A stretch of 62,777 bases of DNA, from contig CAZAPM010000003.1 in NCBI GenBank assembly GCA_964487475.1, forward strand, positions 1 to 62,777. Reading direction: 5' to 3'. The translations under genes were made by a program, and so were the position numbers. The stretch is from an uncultured Planctomycetales bacterium (lineage in GTDB: Bacteria; Omnitrophota; Gorgyraeia; Gygaellales; Profunditerraquicolaceae). This document shows positions 49,903 to 60,868 of this stretch, in pieces (the first letter of the stretch is position 1; each line of letters starts with the position of its first letter). The notes beneath the pieces are model-generated. The model was not told where the DNA came from. It saw nothing but the letters and a program-made list of their open reading frames with translations, and did not search any database.

Positions 49903-49994
49903 GTTGCTCGTCCCGCAGGGGTGTCCCCCTCAGGGGCACCCGGCTTACAAGGTAGTGCCGGTGCTCCGCTTTCTGCGGAGCGTCCCTAAAGCTG

Positions 49995-50837
49995 TTAAAG
50001 CTGGAGCTTGGCGGCTTCCACGACGTTGCGCATGAGAATGGTCACTGTCAGCGGCCCCACCCCTCCGGGAACCGGCGTGATGAACGACGCGCGCTTCTGC
50101 GCCTCCTCGAACTCCACATCACCTACCAGCCGCTCGCCCACCCGGCTGATCCCCACGTCTATGACGATCGCGCCCGGCCGGATCCACTCCCCCTTGACCA
50201 GCCCGGGTTTCCCCACCGCCACCACCAGCACCTCGGCGCGGCGCACATACTCCTCCAGCTTGCCGGCGTGAGAAGTGCCGATATGACACACGGAAACGGT
50301 GGCGAACTTATCCAGCAGCAGCAGGCATAACGGCTTGCCCACGATCTCGCTATGGCCGATCACCACCGCATCCTTCCCGTAAAGATCGACCCCCGTCGAA
50401 TTCAGGATCTCCATCACAGAGGCCGCGGTGCAGGGCACCAGCCTGGTCTTGCCCGAGAAAAGCCTCCCGATGTTCAAAGGGTGCATCCCCTCCACGTCCT
50501 TCTCCGGGGCGATGAAACGGCTGATCTTCTTGTAATCCATATGCTGCGGCAGCGGCATCTGCACGATGACCCCGGTCACTTCGGGATCGGCATTGAGCTT
50601 CTGGATGTACGCCACCAGCTCCGCCTCGTGGATCTCCGCCTCGAGATGCTCCAGCCGGTACTCGATGCCGATATCCTGCGCCGCTTTTTCCTGCGACTTG
50701 CAGTAGGTGCAGGCTCCGGCATTCATGCCCACCAGCACGCTCACCAGGACGGGGCGCTTCGGAAGGGACGCCACATCCTGGCGCAGCTGCTCTCTGAGCT
50801 TTTCCGCGATGACCTTACCCTCTAATAATTGCGCCAA
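49995..50837 (-). CDS. folD: Methylene-THF dehydrogenase (FolD family)
   Basis: TTG start after GAGGAG; VQMPLP, KDVEG, PCT, GHSEIVGKP, TPVPGGVGP. Confidence 0.95.
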   Translation of the reverse strand: MAQLLEGKVIAEKLREQLRQDVASLPKRPVLVSVLVGMNAGACTYCKSQEKAAQDIGIEYRLEHLEAEIHEAELVAYIQKLNADPEVTGVIVQMPLPQHMDYKKISRFIAPEKDVEGMHPLNIGRLFSGKTRLVPCTAASVMEILNSTGVDLYGKDAVVIGHSEIVGKPLCLLLLDKFATVSVCHIGTSHAGKLEEYVRRAEVLVVAVGKPGLVKGEWIRPGAIVIDVGISRVGERLVGDVEFEEAQKRASFITPVPGGVGPLTVTILMRNVVEAAKLQL

Positions 50838-51396
50838 TCTTCTCCTCCGTTTCTTCACGGATCCTCGCCACCTCGTCCGCGATCGGCTCAAGTTCATCCA
50901 GGGTCTTTCCGGAAAGGGTCGCATCCCCGCGCGCCTGCAGGTTGATCCGCACGTTCACCATCCCTGCGGCGCACCCCGCCTCGAGCAGCGCCGCAGCCAC
51001 CGCCAGATCGCTGGCCAGCCTCACGTTGGACTTGCCGATAAGCCTGGGGCATAACGCGATACAGGCGCGGGAAAGACGCACGATGGAAAGAGGGACCTGC
51101 AGCATCCCGGAAAGGTCTTTATCCCGGAACACGCTCACGTCAAGGTCGACAAGGGAAAGCAGTTCGCGGCGGGCTTTCTCGGAAGCCTCCAGGCAGGAGG
51201 AGAGCTCCTCCTCGAAGGAGGCATACTCCGGCTTCCCCTGGGAATAACGCACCACCATACTGATCAGGGATGCGCCCAAGGCCGAGGTCAGGGCAGCGGC
51301 AGAGCCGCCCCCGGGCGCGGGAATCCTGGCGCTGAGGTCATCGAGATACTGCTGCAGGGAACCGAGTGCGTAACGTGTGGAAGGATTAGTAGGCAT
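50815..51396 (-). CDS. fchA: Methenyl-THF cyclohydrolase/cyclodeaminase family
   Basis: PAPGGGSAAA, LASD, NVRINL; adjacent to folD. Confidence 0.85.
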   Translation of the reverse strand: MPTNPSTRYALGSLQQYLDDLSARIPAPGGGSAAALTSALGASLISMVVRYSQGKPEYASFEEELSSCLEASEKARRELLSLVDLDVSVFRDKDLSGMLQVPLSIVRLSRACIALCPRLIGKSNVRLASDLAVAAALLEAGCAAGMVNVRINLQARGDATLSGKTLDELEPIADEVARIREETEEKIGAIIRG

Positions 51397-51757
51397 ATGC
51401 GGACGGCGCCTCGAATGCGTGCCTGTAAAGGTCGATCCTGACGCCCTGCTCCTCGTATAGGATGCTCACCACGTCAAAACGAACACGCGAATCCATAAGC
51501 CGGCGCGCCTTAAGGTACGTCAGCGCGGTGCGCACGATGCGCCTTTGCTTATCCGGCGAAACCGCTTCCTGAGGAAGCGCTTTACACCCGGCGCTGCGCG
51601 CCTTCACCTCGATGAAACAGAGACAGTCTCCCTCGCGCGCGATAATATCCACTTCCCCGCGCGCTGCGCGGAAGTTGCGCTGCAGCAGCACATACCCCTG
51701 CGATTCCAGAAACGCCGCGGCGTCGTTTTCCGCGCGGCTGCCCAGGGAATCCCGCAT
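51386..51757 (-). CDS. yraN: YraN family putative endonuclease
   Basis: LGSRAE, RNFR, GEVDII, FIEVKAR, RFDVV. Confidence 0.92.
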   Translation of the reverse strand: MRDSLGSRAENDAAAFLESQGYVLLQRNFRAARGEVDIIAREGDCLCFIEVKARSAGCKALPQEAVSPDKQRRIVRTALTYLKARRLMDSRVRFDVVSILYEEQGVRIDLYRHAFEAPSAYAY

Positions 51758-51764
51758 GCCCGCC

Positions 51765-52364
51765 TCACAAGAAACTGCGCCGGTGGATAGGTGCCGGGCC
51801 GTATTGCGCCAATGCCCGGTAATGCGCCGCCGTGCCGTATCCCTTATGCCCGCCGAAACCGTATCCGGGATAGACCCGGTCGTACACGCACATCACGCGG
51901 TCGCGCAGGACCTTCGCCACGATCGAGGCACAGGCGATGGAAAGGCTTTTACGGTCGCCGTCTACCACCGCGGTACAGGGATGCCCGCCGCGCAACGGCA
52001 CGTTACCGTCCACCAGCAGATGCACCCTGCCTTGCGCGCCCGCCTTCGCCGCCCGCGCCAGCAGGGAATCCACCGCCTGCTCCATCGCGATAAGCGTCGC
52101 CTGGAGGATATTGAGGCGGTCGATCGCGAGCTCATTGACCACCCCTACCCCGCAAAAACACTTCTCCTGGATCTGATGGAACGCGGTTTCTCTCTGACGA
52201 GGGGAAAGCTTCTTGGAATCATCGATACGGCAGGAAAAATCCGTTGCCTTCAGGGACACTGCGGCGGCAAACACCGGCCCTGCCAGAGGGCCGCGTCCTG
52301 CCTCGTCCACGCCGATGATGACCGAACATCCCGATTCGCGAAGCGAATTCTCGTAGGTGAGCAC
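51765..52364 (-). CDS. rnhB: Ribonuclease HII
   Basis: GVDEAGRGPLAGPV, DSKKL, ASIVAKV, HKGYGT, HRRSF. Confidence 0.97.
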   Translation of the reverse strand: MLTYENSLRESGCSVIIGVDEAGRGPLAGPVFAAAVSLKATDFSCRIDDSKKLSPRQRETAFHQIQEKCFCGVGVVNELAIDRLNILQATLIAMEQAVDSLLARAAKAGAQGRVHLLVDGNVPLRGGHPCTAVVDGDRKSLSIACASIVAKVLRDRVMCVYDRVYPGYGFGGHKGYGTAAHYRALAQYGPAPIHRRSFL

Positions 52365-52385
52365 CGCCGTGCCTGATTACGGAAC

Positions 52386-52748
52386 TTATGCGGGTTTTGC
52401 TTCAGCCGCGCTCTCGATCTTGGTGGCGCGCTTTCCGACCTTGGAACGCAGATAATACAGCTTTGCCCGGTGCACCTTGCCGGAACGGACCAGTTCGATG
52501 CGTTCGATGCTGGGAGTATACAGCGGGAAGACCCTCTCGATACCCTCGCCGAAGGACACCTTGCGCACGGTGAAACTGCTGCGGATCCCGCTGCCGTTCT
52601 TCGCGATCACCACGCCTTCATAAGGGTGCAGACGGACCTTATTGTCGCCTTCCACGATCTTGGTCAGCACGCGGACGGTATCCCCCACATTGAATTTGGG
52701 CATTTCTTTAGAAGTATATGCCGATTCAACCAATTTGATCTTATCCAT
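52386..52748 (-). CDS. rplS: 50S ribosomal protein L19
   Basis: [31 protein letters not shown]. Confidence 0.97.
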   Translation of the reverse strand: MDKIKLVESAYTSKEMPKFNVGDTVRVLTKIVEGDNKVRLHPYEGVVIAKNGSGIRSSFTVRKVSFGEGIERVFPLYTPSIERIELVRSGKVHRAKLYYLRSKVGKRATKIESAAEAKPA

Positions 52749-53483
52749 TGCGATGTTTCTCCTTCCTAGGTTCCATTGATAACAGGTCAGGCCTGTGTGT
52801 TGACGTACGTGCCAGGGATTGCTGCTGCCGCCACTGCGCGATCTTGGTATGATCGCCGCTCAAAAGCACCTGCGGCACCTTAAGCCCCCTGTAAAGAGCG
52901 GGCCTGGTGTACTGCGGATATTCTAATAGATTACCTTCAAATGACTCAAAATTCAAGGAATTTTTATCCCCCAGCACCCCCGGGAGCAACCTCACCACGG
53001 AATCGACCAGCACCATGGCCGGAAGCTCCCCTCCCGTAAGCACATAATCGCCTATGGAAACCGCCTCATCCGCCGCTTTTTCCCTGATCCGCTCATCCAC
53101 CCCCTCATACCGGCCGCAGATCAGCACTAAATGCTTGCTACGGGAGAGCTTTTTAGCCAGCTGCTGGGTAAGGGGCCTTCCCTGGGGGCACATCAGGATC
53201 ACCGTGAAGCCGTCAGCAACCGGCTTTTTCCCCTTTAAGGGTTTTTTCCCGCCTTTTCTCCCGGTGATCTTCTCTACCGCCCTGAAGATCGGCTCCGGCC
53301 GCATCACCATCCCCGCCCCTCCTCCGAAAGGACGGTCATCGACCGTACGGTGCTTGTCCTTGGTATACTCCCGCAGATCATGCACTGCGATGCGCACCCG
53401 CCCCTTCTCCCTGGCCCTTTTGATGATGGATTCGTTCAACACCGGCTCGAACATCCCGGGAAAGATGCTGATGATATCGATCT

Positions 53484-53487
<4 letters not shown>
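52741..53487 (-). CDS. trmD: tRNA (guanine37-N1) methyltransferase
   Basis: [52 protein letters not shown]. Confidence 0.97.
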
Positions 53488-55387
<1,900 letters not shown>

Positions 55388-55390
55388 TTA

Positions 55391-56374
55391 TCAGAGCACC
55401 ATCATGGCATCGCCATAACTGTAAAAATCGTATTTTTCCCGGATCGCTTCCTGATACGCCCGGTGCGCCAGTTCCGTGCCGCAGAGCGCGCACACCAGCA
55501 TGAAGAGCGTGGTCTTCGGCAGATGGAAGTTCGTGATCAGCCCGTCGACCAGCGAAAACGCATACCCGGGATAGATGAACAGGTCCGTTTCTCCGCAGGC
55601 GATACCGGTCCCGGCCCAGGACTCCAGCGCCCGGCAGGCGGTAGTCCCGGTCGCGATCACCCTTCCGGAAGACTCCCGGGCCTGCCGCACCATCCGCTGA
55701 GCCTCGTCGGAAATACAGTACCATTCCCGGCCCATAGGGTGGCTGACCACATCCTCGGCTTCCACCGCTTTGAACGTCGCATACCCCACGTGCAGCGTCA
55801 GGTATGCGCAGCGCGCGGGGATCTGCCGCAGTACATCCTCCGTAAAATGCAGCCCTGCGGTCGGCGCCGCGACCGAACCGTCATGGCGGGCATACACGGT
55901 CTGATAATGCGTGCGGTCGATCGCCTCCGGCTGACGCTTGATATAGGGCGGCAGCGGGACCTCTCCCGCCGCATACACCTCCGCCTCGCCGCGGGCAAAG
56001 AACTCCACTTCGTCCTCGCCGGTTCGCGTACAGGAAATATCCTTACCCTCGAAGAACAGCGTCTCTCCGATGCGCACGCGGCCGGGCCTGAACATCGCCT
56101 GGAAGACCAGTCCGTGTTTCCGGCGCAGCAGGAATACCTCCACCGCGCCCCCGCTTTGACGGCGGCAGCGCATCCGCACCGGCAGCACCCGGGTATCGTT
56201 CAGCACCAAAGTATCGGACGCGGAAAAAAACCGCGGGATATCCTTGAACACGCAATGCTCGAAGCGGTGCTCGCCTCTATGCACCACCAGCAGCCTGGCA
56301 TCTTCCCGGTTCTTCCGGGGATACTGCGCGATGCGCTCAGCGGGCAGGACATAATCGAAATCTTCGAGCTTCAT
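55391..56374 (-). CDS. queA: SAM:tRNA ribosyltransferase-isomerase
   Basis: FDYVLP, NDTRV, PLPPYI, YQTVYA, AAPTAGLHF, TNFHLP, SYGDAM. Confidence 0.97.
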   Translation of the reverse strand: MKLEDFDYVLPAERIAQYPRKNREDARLLVVHRGEHRFEHCVFKDIPRFFSASDTLVLNDTRVLPVRMRCRRQSGGAVEVFLLRRKHGLVFQAMFRPGRVRIGETLFFEGKDISCTRTGEDEVEFFARGEAEVYAAGEVPLPPYIKRQPEAIDRTHYQTVYARHDGSVAAPTAGLHFTEDVLRQIPARCAYLTLHVGYATFKAVEAEDVVSHPMGREWYCISDEAQRMVRQARESSGRVIATGTTACRALESWAGTGIACGETDLFIYPGYAFSLVDGLITNFHLPKTTLFMLVCALCGTELAHRAYQEAIREKYDFYSYGDAMMVL

Positions 56375-56383
56375 GTCCCTGCC

Positions 56384-57547
56384 TTACTCCCCGGCCCTGA
56401 TCTCGGCCCCGGGATAATAGAAGGAGAGTATCTCCTCCGCGGTCTTTCCCTTTTTGGCCTGAAAATACGCACCCCACTGGCACATCCCCACCCCATGGCC
56501 CCAGCCCGAAACATAGAACAACCCATCCCTCAGGATGAAGCGTACCGAAAAAAATGTGCAGCGGAAACCGATAACAAAACCCGCATTGCGGAAATCCTTG
56601 GCGGCAAGGCGCGTCGCAGAGGCCGCGGTTATCTCGATCCATAACGCCCGTCCGGTAGGATCCCTCTGGGCGACCTTAAGATCCCGCACCTCTCCCTGCA
56701 TGAGCCCCGCGCGCGCCAGCTGGGCCCCGATCTCGGAAAGCGAGAACACCTCATGCCACCGGTAATACGGGGATTCCGTACAATAAGGACACGCCACCCC
56801 CTTCAAAGGAGGCAGATTCGTTTTCCAGAGGGTCGATGAATCCGCGGTATGGCCCGCGCAGGTGGCGTGAAAGAACGCCGGAAGCACCTTGCCTTCATAG
56901 GCGAGCACTTTGCCCCGCGTCTGGTCGACGATACGATTGGTACGGTAGCGTTCGGCGCTCCTGCCGCCGAACACCTGGGAATACACGTCGCTGGTCACGT
57001 CAAAATCCCGCCCGGCGTTCTCCGCCATCTGGAATGCCGCATAAGAACGGCAGACGATGGCCTGGGCCTTGAGCGCCTCCGCCGGCCAGTAGTGCGACGC
57101 CTCGTGAAAAAGCACTCCCTTCACGTACTCCTCCAGGGGCAGCCGGTTGACCACGGTCATCCGTCCGTTCTTTTTCCGCAGCACCGAGATCCCGCCGCGG
57201 TAACGCCGGTCGTTCACCTGGAGCCGCTCCTCATCCGCCGGCACCACCGCCACCGCGGAAGCGTTGACCTTCAGCGCCCCGAAAAGGAACCCCGCCTCGG
57301 AAAGCGTGACCGTGGCGTTGAGATCGTCGCCGCTGGCAACGGTCTTGCCGGTCGCCGTATCCACCAGAGAGAACCCCCCTCCCACTTTAAGCCGGAAGGA
57401 AGGCACATCCACCAACACCGCCGCGCGGATCATCGGCGTGTTGGCATGCGCCGGACGCGTCGAAAGCACGGAGACCAGCGCGCACCCGATACAGGCGCAG
57501 ATGCGTACCACGGAAAAAAGACGTATGGAGACCTTAGGCGCGGACAT
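56384..57547 (-). CDS. SpoIID/LytB-domain protein
   Basis: Signal peptide, VVNRLPLEEYVKGV, ALKAQAI, GWGHGVGMCQWGA, ILSFYYPG. Confidence 0.9.
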   Translation of the reverse strand: MSAPKVSIRLFSVVRICACIGCALVSVLSTRPAHANTPMIRAAVLVDVPSFRLKVGGGFSLVDTATGKTVASGDDLNATVTLSEAGFLFGALKVNASAVAVVPADEERLQVNDRRYRGGISVLRKKNGRMTVVNRLPLEEYVKGVLFHEASHYWPAEALKAQAIVCRSYAAFQMAENAGRDFDVTSDVYSQVFGGRSAERYRTNRIVDQTRGKVLAYEGKVLPAFFHATCAGHTADSSTLWKTNLPPLKGVACPYCTESPYYRWHEVFSLSEIGAQLARAGLMQGEVRDLKVAQRDPTGRALWIEITAASATRLAAKDFRNAGFVIGFRCTFFSVRFILRDGLFYVSGWGHGVGMCQWGAYFQAKKGKTAEEILSFYYPGAEIRAGE

Positions 57548-57550
57548 GGC

Positions 57551-58096
57551 TCACTTTCGCGGCGTGTTCGAGAACCGCTCGATCTCGGAATACAGGCAGC
57601 CGCAGTATTTCTGGCAATACAGCCCCTGTGCGCGGGCCTGGTCCCGGGCCGCCCTGAATCCCGGACGGTAATCCTCATAAAGGAAAGGCACGGATTCCTC
57701 CTGCGATACCTTCTCCCCGATCAGCCGTAACGCCTCCTGGTCCTGATAGGGACTTACCAGCAGCGAAGACGTGAACCCCTTCGCCTGTCGCGCCTTCGCG
57801 GCGCGGGCAGTGGCGCGCAGCCGCAGTTCCCAGCAGGAACGGCAGCGCTGCGGCAGGGACTCCTTCCCGTTGACCTGCTGAAAGAACTCCTTCGGCTCGT
57901 AGGCGGGATATTCCACCTCGATCCCGGAAGCACGGGAGAACGTCTCCACCGCTTCTTTGCGCAGCACATACTCGCCGCGCGGATGGATGTTGGGATTATA
58001 GAAATATCCGGTCAGGGAGATCCCCTGCTGAAGGAGCCTCTGCGAGGGGAACAGCGCGCACGGAGCGCAGCATATGTGCAGCACGATACCTTGCAT
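57551..58096 (-). CDS. queH: Epoxyqueuosine reductase QueH (DUF208)
   Basis: LHICCAPC, FYNPNIHP, RCRSC, YCQKYCGC. Confidence 0.92.
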   Translation of the reverse strand: MQGIVLHICCAPCALFPSQRLLQQGISLTGYFYNPNIHPRGEYVLRKEAVETFSRASGIEVEYPAYEPKEFFQQVNGKESLPQRCRSCWELRLRATARAAKARQAKGFTSSLLVSPYQDQEALRLIGEKVSQEESVPFLYEDYRPGFRAARDQARAQGLYCQKYCGCLYSEIERFSNTPRK

Positions 58097-59155
58097 CTAT
58101 CCGTTGCCCTTGGGAGAAAGGCCCAAATGCGCGTAGGCCTTCGCGGTGGCCTGCCGGCCGCGGGACGTGCGTTTCAGGTAGCCGCTTTTCAAAAGGAAGG
58201 GTTCGACGGCGTCGGCGATAGTGTCGGACTCCTCGTTCAAGCTCGCCGCCAGCGCTTCGATGCCGACCGGACCGCCCTCATACACCCCGATCACGGTCTT
58301 CAGCACTTTACGGTCGATCTCGTCAAGCCCTGCCTTATCGATACCCAGGTCGTGCAACGCCCGGGACGCGGTATCGACGGTGATACGGGGCGCTTTCGCC
58401 ACCTGGGCGTAATCCCGGATACGCCGCAGCAGACGGTTGGCGATACGCGGAGTGCCCCGGGCGCGGCGCGCGATCTCCAGGGCCGCATCCGCATCGATCG
58501 CGGTATTGAGCAGCTTCGCGGAGTGCAGGACGATGGTCGCCAGGTCCTCTTCATGGTAGAAATCGAGGTGGTAGAATATCCCGAACCTTCCCCTCAGCGG
58601 AGCGGCCAGAAGGCCGGTGCGGGTAGTGGCACCCACGAGCGTGAACGGCTTGAGGTTGAACTTGATGGTCTTGGCATACGGCCCCTTATCGATCACGAAA
58701 TCGATCTGGAAATCCTCCATCGCCGGATACAGGAACTCCTCCACCACCTTGGACAAACGGTGGATCTCGTCGATGAAAAGCACGTCCCCCTGGCCTAAGT
58801 TGGTAAGGATCCCGATCAGGTCCCCCGCCTTCTCGATCGCCGGACCGGAGGTGGCGGTGATCTTGGTGCCCATCTCGTGAGCGATCAGGTGCGCCAGCGA
58901 GGTCTTGCCTAAGCCGGGAGGCCCGGAAAGCAGCACATGCTCGAGATGCTCCCCGCGCTGTTTCGCCGCCTGCAGGCAGACCTTAAGGTTATCCACCACT
59001 TCGCGCTGGCCGACGAATTCCGCCAGCTGCTTCGGCCGCAGCGACAAATGCAGCACCGCCTCCTCGTCGCTTTCCAGAGGAGTCGCCATGATCCGCGGCG
59101 GCGCGCCGCCGGATTCAGCTTTCAGGAGTTTGAGTCTCTGTGGTTCGCTGCTCAT
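58097..59155 (-). CDS. ruvB: Holliday junction helicase RuvB (start uncertain)
   Basis: SLRP, GPPGLGKT, FIDEIHR, LVGATTR, RGTPRIANRLL. Confidence 0.97.
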   Translation of the reverse strand: MSSEPQRLKLLKAESGGAPPRIMATPLESDEEAVLHLSLRPKQLAEFVGQREVVDNLKVCLQAAKQRGEHLEHVLLSGPPGLGKTSLAHLIAHEMGTKITATSGPAIEKAGDLIGILTNLGQGDVLFIDEIHRLSKVVEEFLYPAMEDFQIDFVIDKGPYAKTIKFNLKPFTLVGATTRTGLLAAPLRGRFGIFYHLDFYHEEDLATIVLHSAKLLNTAIDADAALEIARRARGTPRIANRLLRRIRDYAQVAKAPRITVDTASRALHDLGIDKAGLDEIDRKVLKTVIGVYEGGPVGIEALAASLNEESDTIADAVEPFLLKSGYLKRTSRGRQATAKAYAHLGLSPKGNG

Positions 59156-59888
59156 AGGGTACGATGTTGTCCTTGTTGCGGCATACCTCGATCTCATGGA
59201 AGGCGCACTTCTGGAACGCCACCACTTCCTTGAGCCGGATCAGCTCCAGGATCGCGAGGAAGGTCACGACGATCTCGACCTTGTGCTTGGCCTGGCCGAA
59301 GAGCTCGGAAAGATACACCGAAGGCTTGACCAGCAGCAGATGCAGGATCTGATGCACCTTCTGCTCGACCGTGAACTCATCCTTGATCACCTCGTAGAAG
59401 AGGTCCTTGGGGACCTCCTCCAGCGCCTTATTGAACGCGCTGATCAGGTCGAAGAGGCTGGCCTCGAAATACACCTCGTTCTCCATCTCCGGGGCGGGTT
59501 TATCCCCCTCGGGCTTCGGAGCACGGGTAAAGACCTCGCGCTGCTGGGCCTCGCGCTGGCGCAGCGTCTCCGCGACCTCCTTGAAACGCTCGTACTCGAG
59601 CAGGCGGCGCACCAGCTCCGCGCGCGGGTCCTCCTGGGGCTCCTCCGCGGGGGTCTCCTCCGCGGGAAGCAGCATCTTGGATTTGATCTGCATCAGCGTC
59701 GCCGCCATGACCAGGAAATCCCCGGCGATGGAAAGGTCCAGCAGGCGCATCAGCTCGATATACTTGATGTACTGGTCGGTGATCTGCGCGATGGGGATGT
59801 CATAGATGTTAAGATGGTCCTTCTTGACCAGGTAAAGCAGGAGATCCAGCGGCCCCTCGAAAAGCTCGAGCTTGATCTTATAGCTCAT
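59115..59888 (-). CDS. scpA: Segregation and condensation protein A (kleisin)
   Basis: FEGPLDLLL, FLVMAATL, IKSKMLLP, TFLAILEL. Confidence 0.95.
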   Translation of the reverse strand: MSYKIKLELFEGPLDLLLYLVKKDHLNIYDIPIAQITDQYIKYIELMRLLDLSIAGDFLVMAATLMQIKSKMLLPAEETPAEEPQEDPRAELVRRLLEYERFKEVAETLRQREAQQREVFTRAPKPEGDKPAPEMENEVYFEASLFDLISAFNKALEEVPKDLFYEVIKDEFTVEQKVHQILHLLLVKPSVYLSELFGQAKHKVEIVVTFLAILELIRLKEVVAFQKCAFHEIEVCRNKDNIVPYEQRTTETQTPES

Positions 59889-60868
59889 ATGCCCATAGCC
59901 TCCCTGACCTGCCGCATGGTGACCGCGGCAGCGTCCCTGGCCTTGCGGCCGCCTTCCGCGAGGATGCGCTGCACCAGGGTAAGGTCATCCTGCAGGGCCT
60001 TGCGCCGGGCATGGAAAGGAGAGAGTTTCTCCAGCAGGCAATCGGAGAACCGTTTTTTGCACTCCGTACACCCCACGGTCGCCTGAGTACACCACTCGTA
60101 CACTTCCGCTTTACGCTGAGGGCAGAAAATACCGTAGTACCCGTAGACGTTGCAGGCGTCGGGGTGCCCCTTGTCGGCAAGCTTGACCCGCGCGGGATCG
60201 GTGATCATGCTCCGGACCTTCTCCCGGACCTGATCGGGGGAATCGGAAAGGTTGATGGCGTTGTTATAGCTCTTGCTCATCTTCCTGCCGTCGATACCCG
60301 GCAGGCGCGGAGTGGTGGTCAGGATCGCCTCCGGTTCGGGGAACACCTCGCTGCCGTAAAGTCCCTTGAACCTGCGGCAGATCTCCCGGGTGAGCTCCAG
60401 ATGCGGCAGCTGATCCTCCCCCACCGGCACTTTATGCGCCTGGTAGAGCATGATATCCGCCGCCTGCAGCACGGGATACCCCAGGAACGCGTACGTGTTC
60501 AGGTCGCGGGTGGTGACCTCCCGCAACTGTTCCTTGTAGGTCGGACAGCGCTCCAGCCAGCCCAGCGGGGTGAAACAGGAACATATCAGGTGCAGCTCCA
60601 AATGCTCCGGGACCTGCGACTGTATGAAAAGCACCGCCTTATCCGGATCGACCCCCGCCGCCATCCAGTCGATCACGTTATCCAGGACCGTCTGCGGCAT
60701 ATGCTGCGGGTTCTCATACTCTCCCATCAGCGCATGCCAGTCCGCGACCATGAAATAACACTCGTACTCTTCCTGCAGCGCGACCCAATTCTCCAGCGCG
60801 CCCACCAGGTGCCCCAGATGGAGCTTCCCCGTAGGCCGCATGCCGCTTAAGATGCGCTTCTTCGTCAT
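59885..60868 (-). CDS. trpS: Tryptophanyl-tRNA synthetase
   Basis: SGMRPTG, HLGH, YPVLQAAD, VGEDQ, KMSKS. Confidence 0.97.
   Translation of the reverse strand: MTKKRILSGMRPTGKLHLGHLVGALENWVALQEEYECYFMVADWHALMGEYENPQHMPQTVLDNVIDWMAAGVDPDKAVLFIQSQVPEHLELHLICSCFTPLGWLERCPTYKEQLREVTTRDLNTYAFLGYPVLQAADIMLYQAHKVPVGEDQLPHLELTREICRRFKGLYGSEVFPEPEAILTTTPRLPGIDGRKMSKSYNNAINLSDSPDQVREKVRSMITDPARVKLADKGHPDACNVYGYYGIFCPQRKAEVYEWCTQATVGCTECKKRFSDCLLEKLSPFHARRKALQDDLTLVQRILAEGGRKARDAAAVTMRQVREAMGI

Noticed and set aside
56384..57547. SpoIID domain as evidence of sporulation
   Set aside because: SpoIID/LytB proteins are common in non-sporulating bacteria and often sit next to queA
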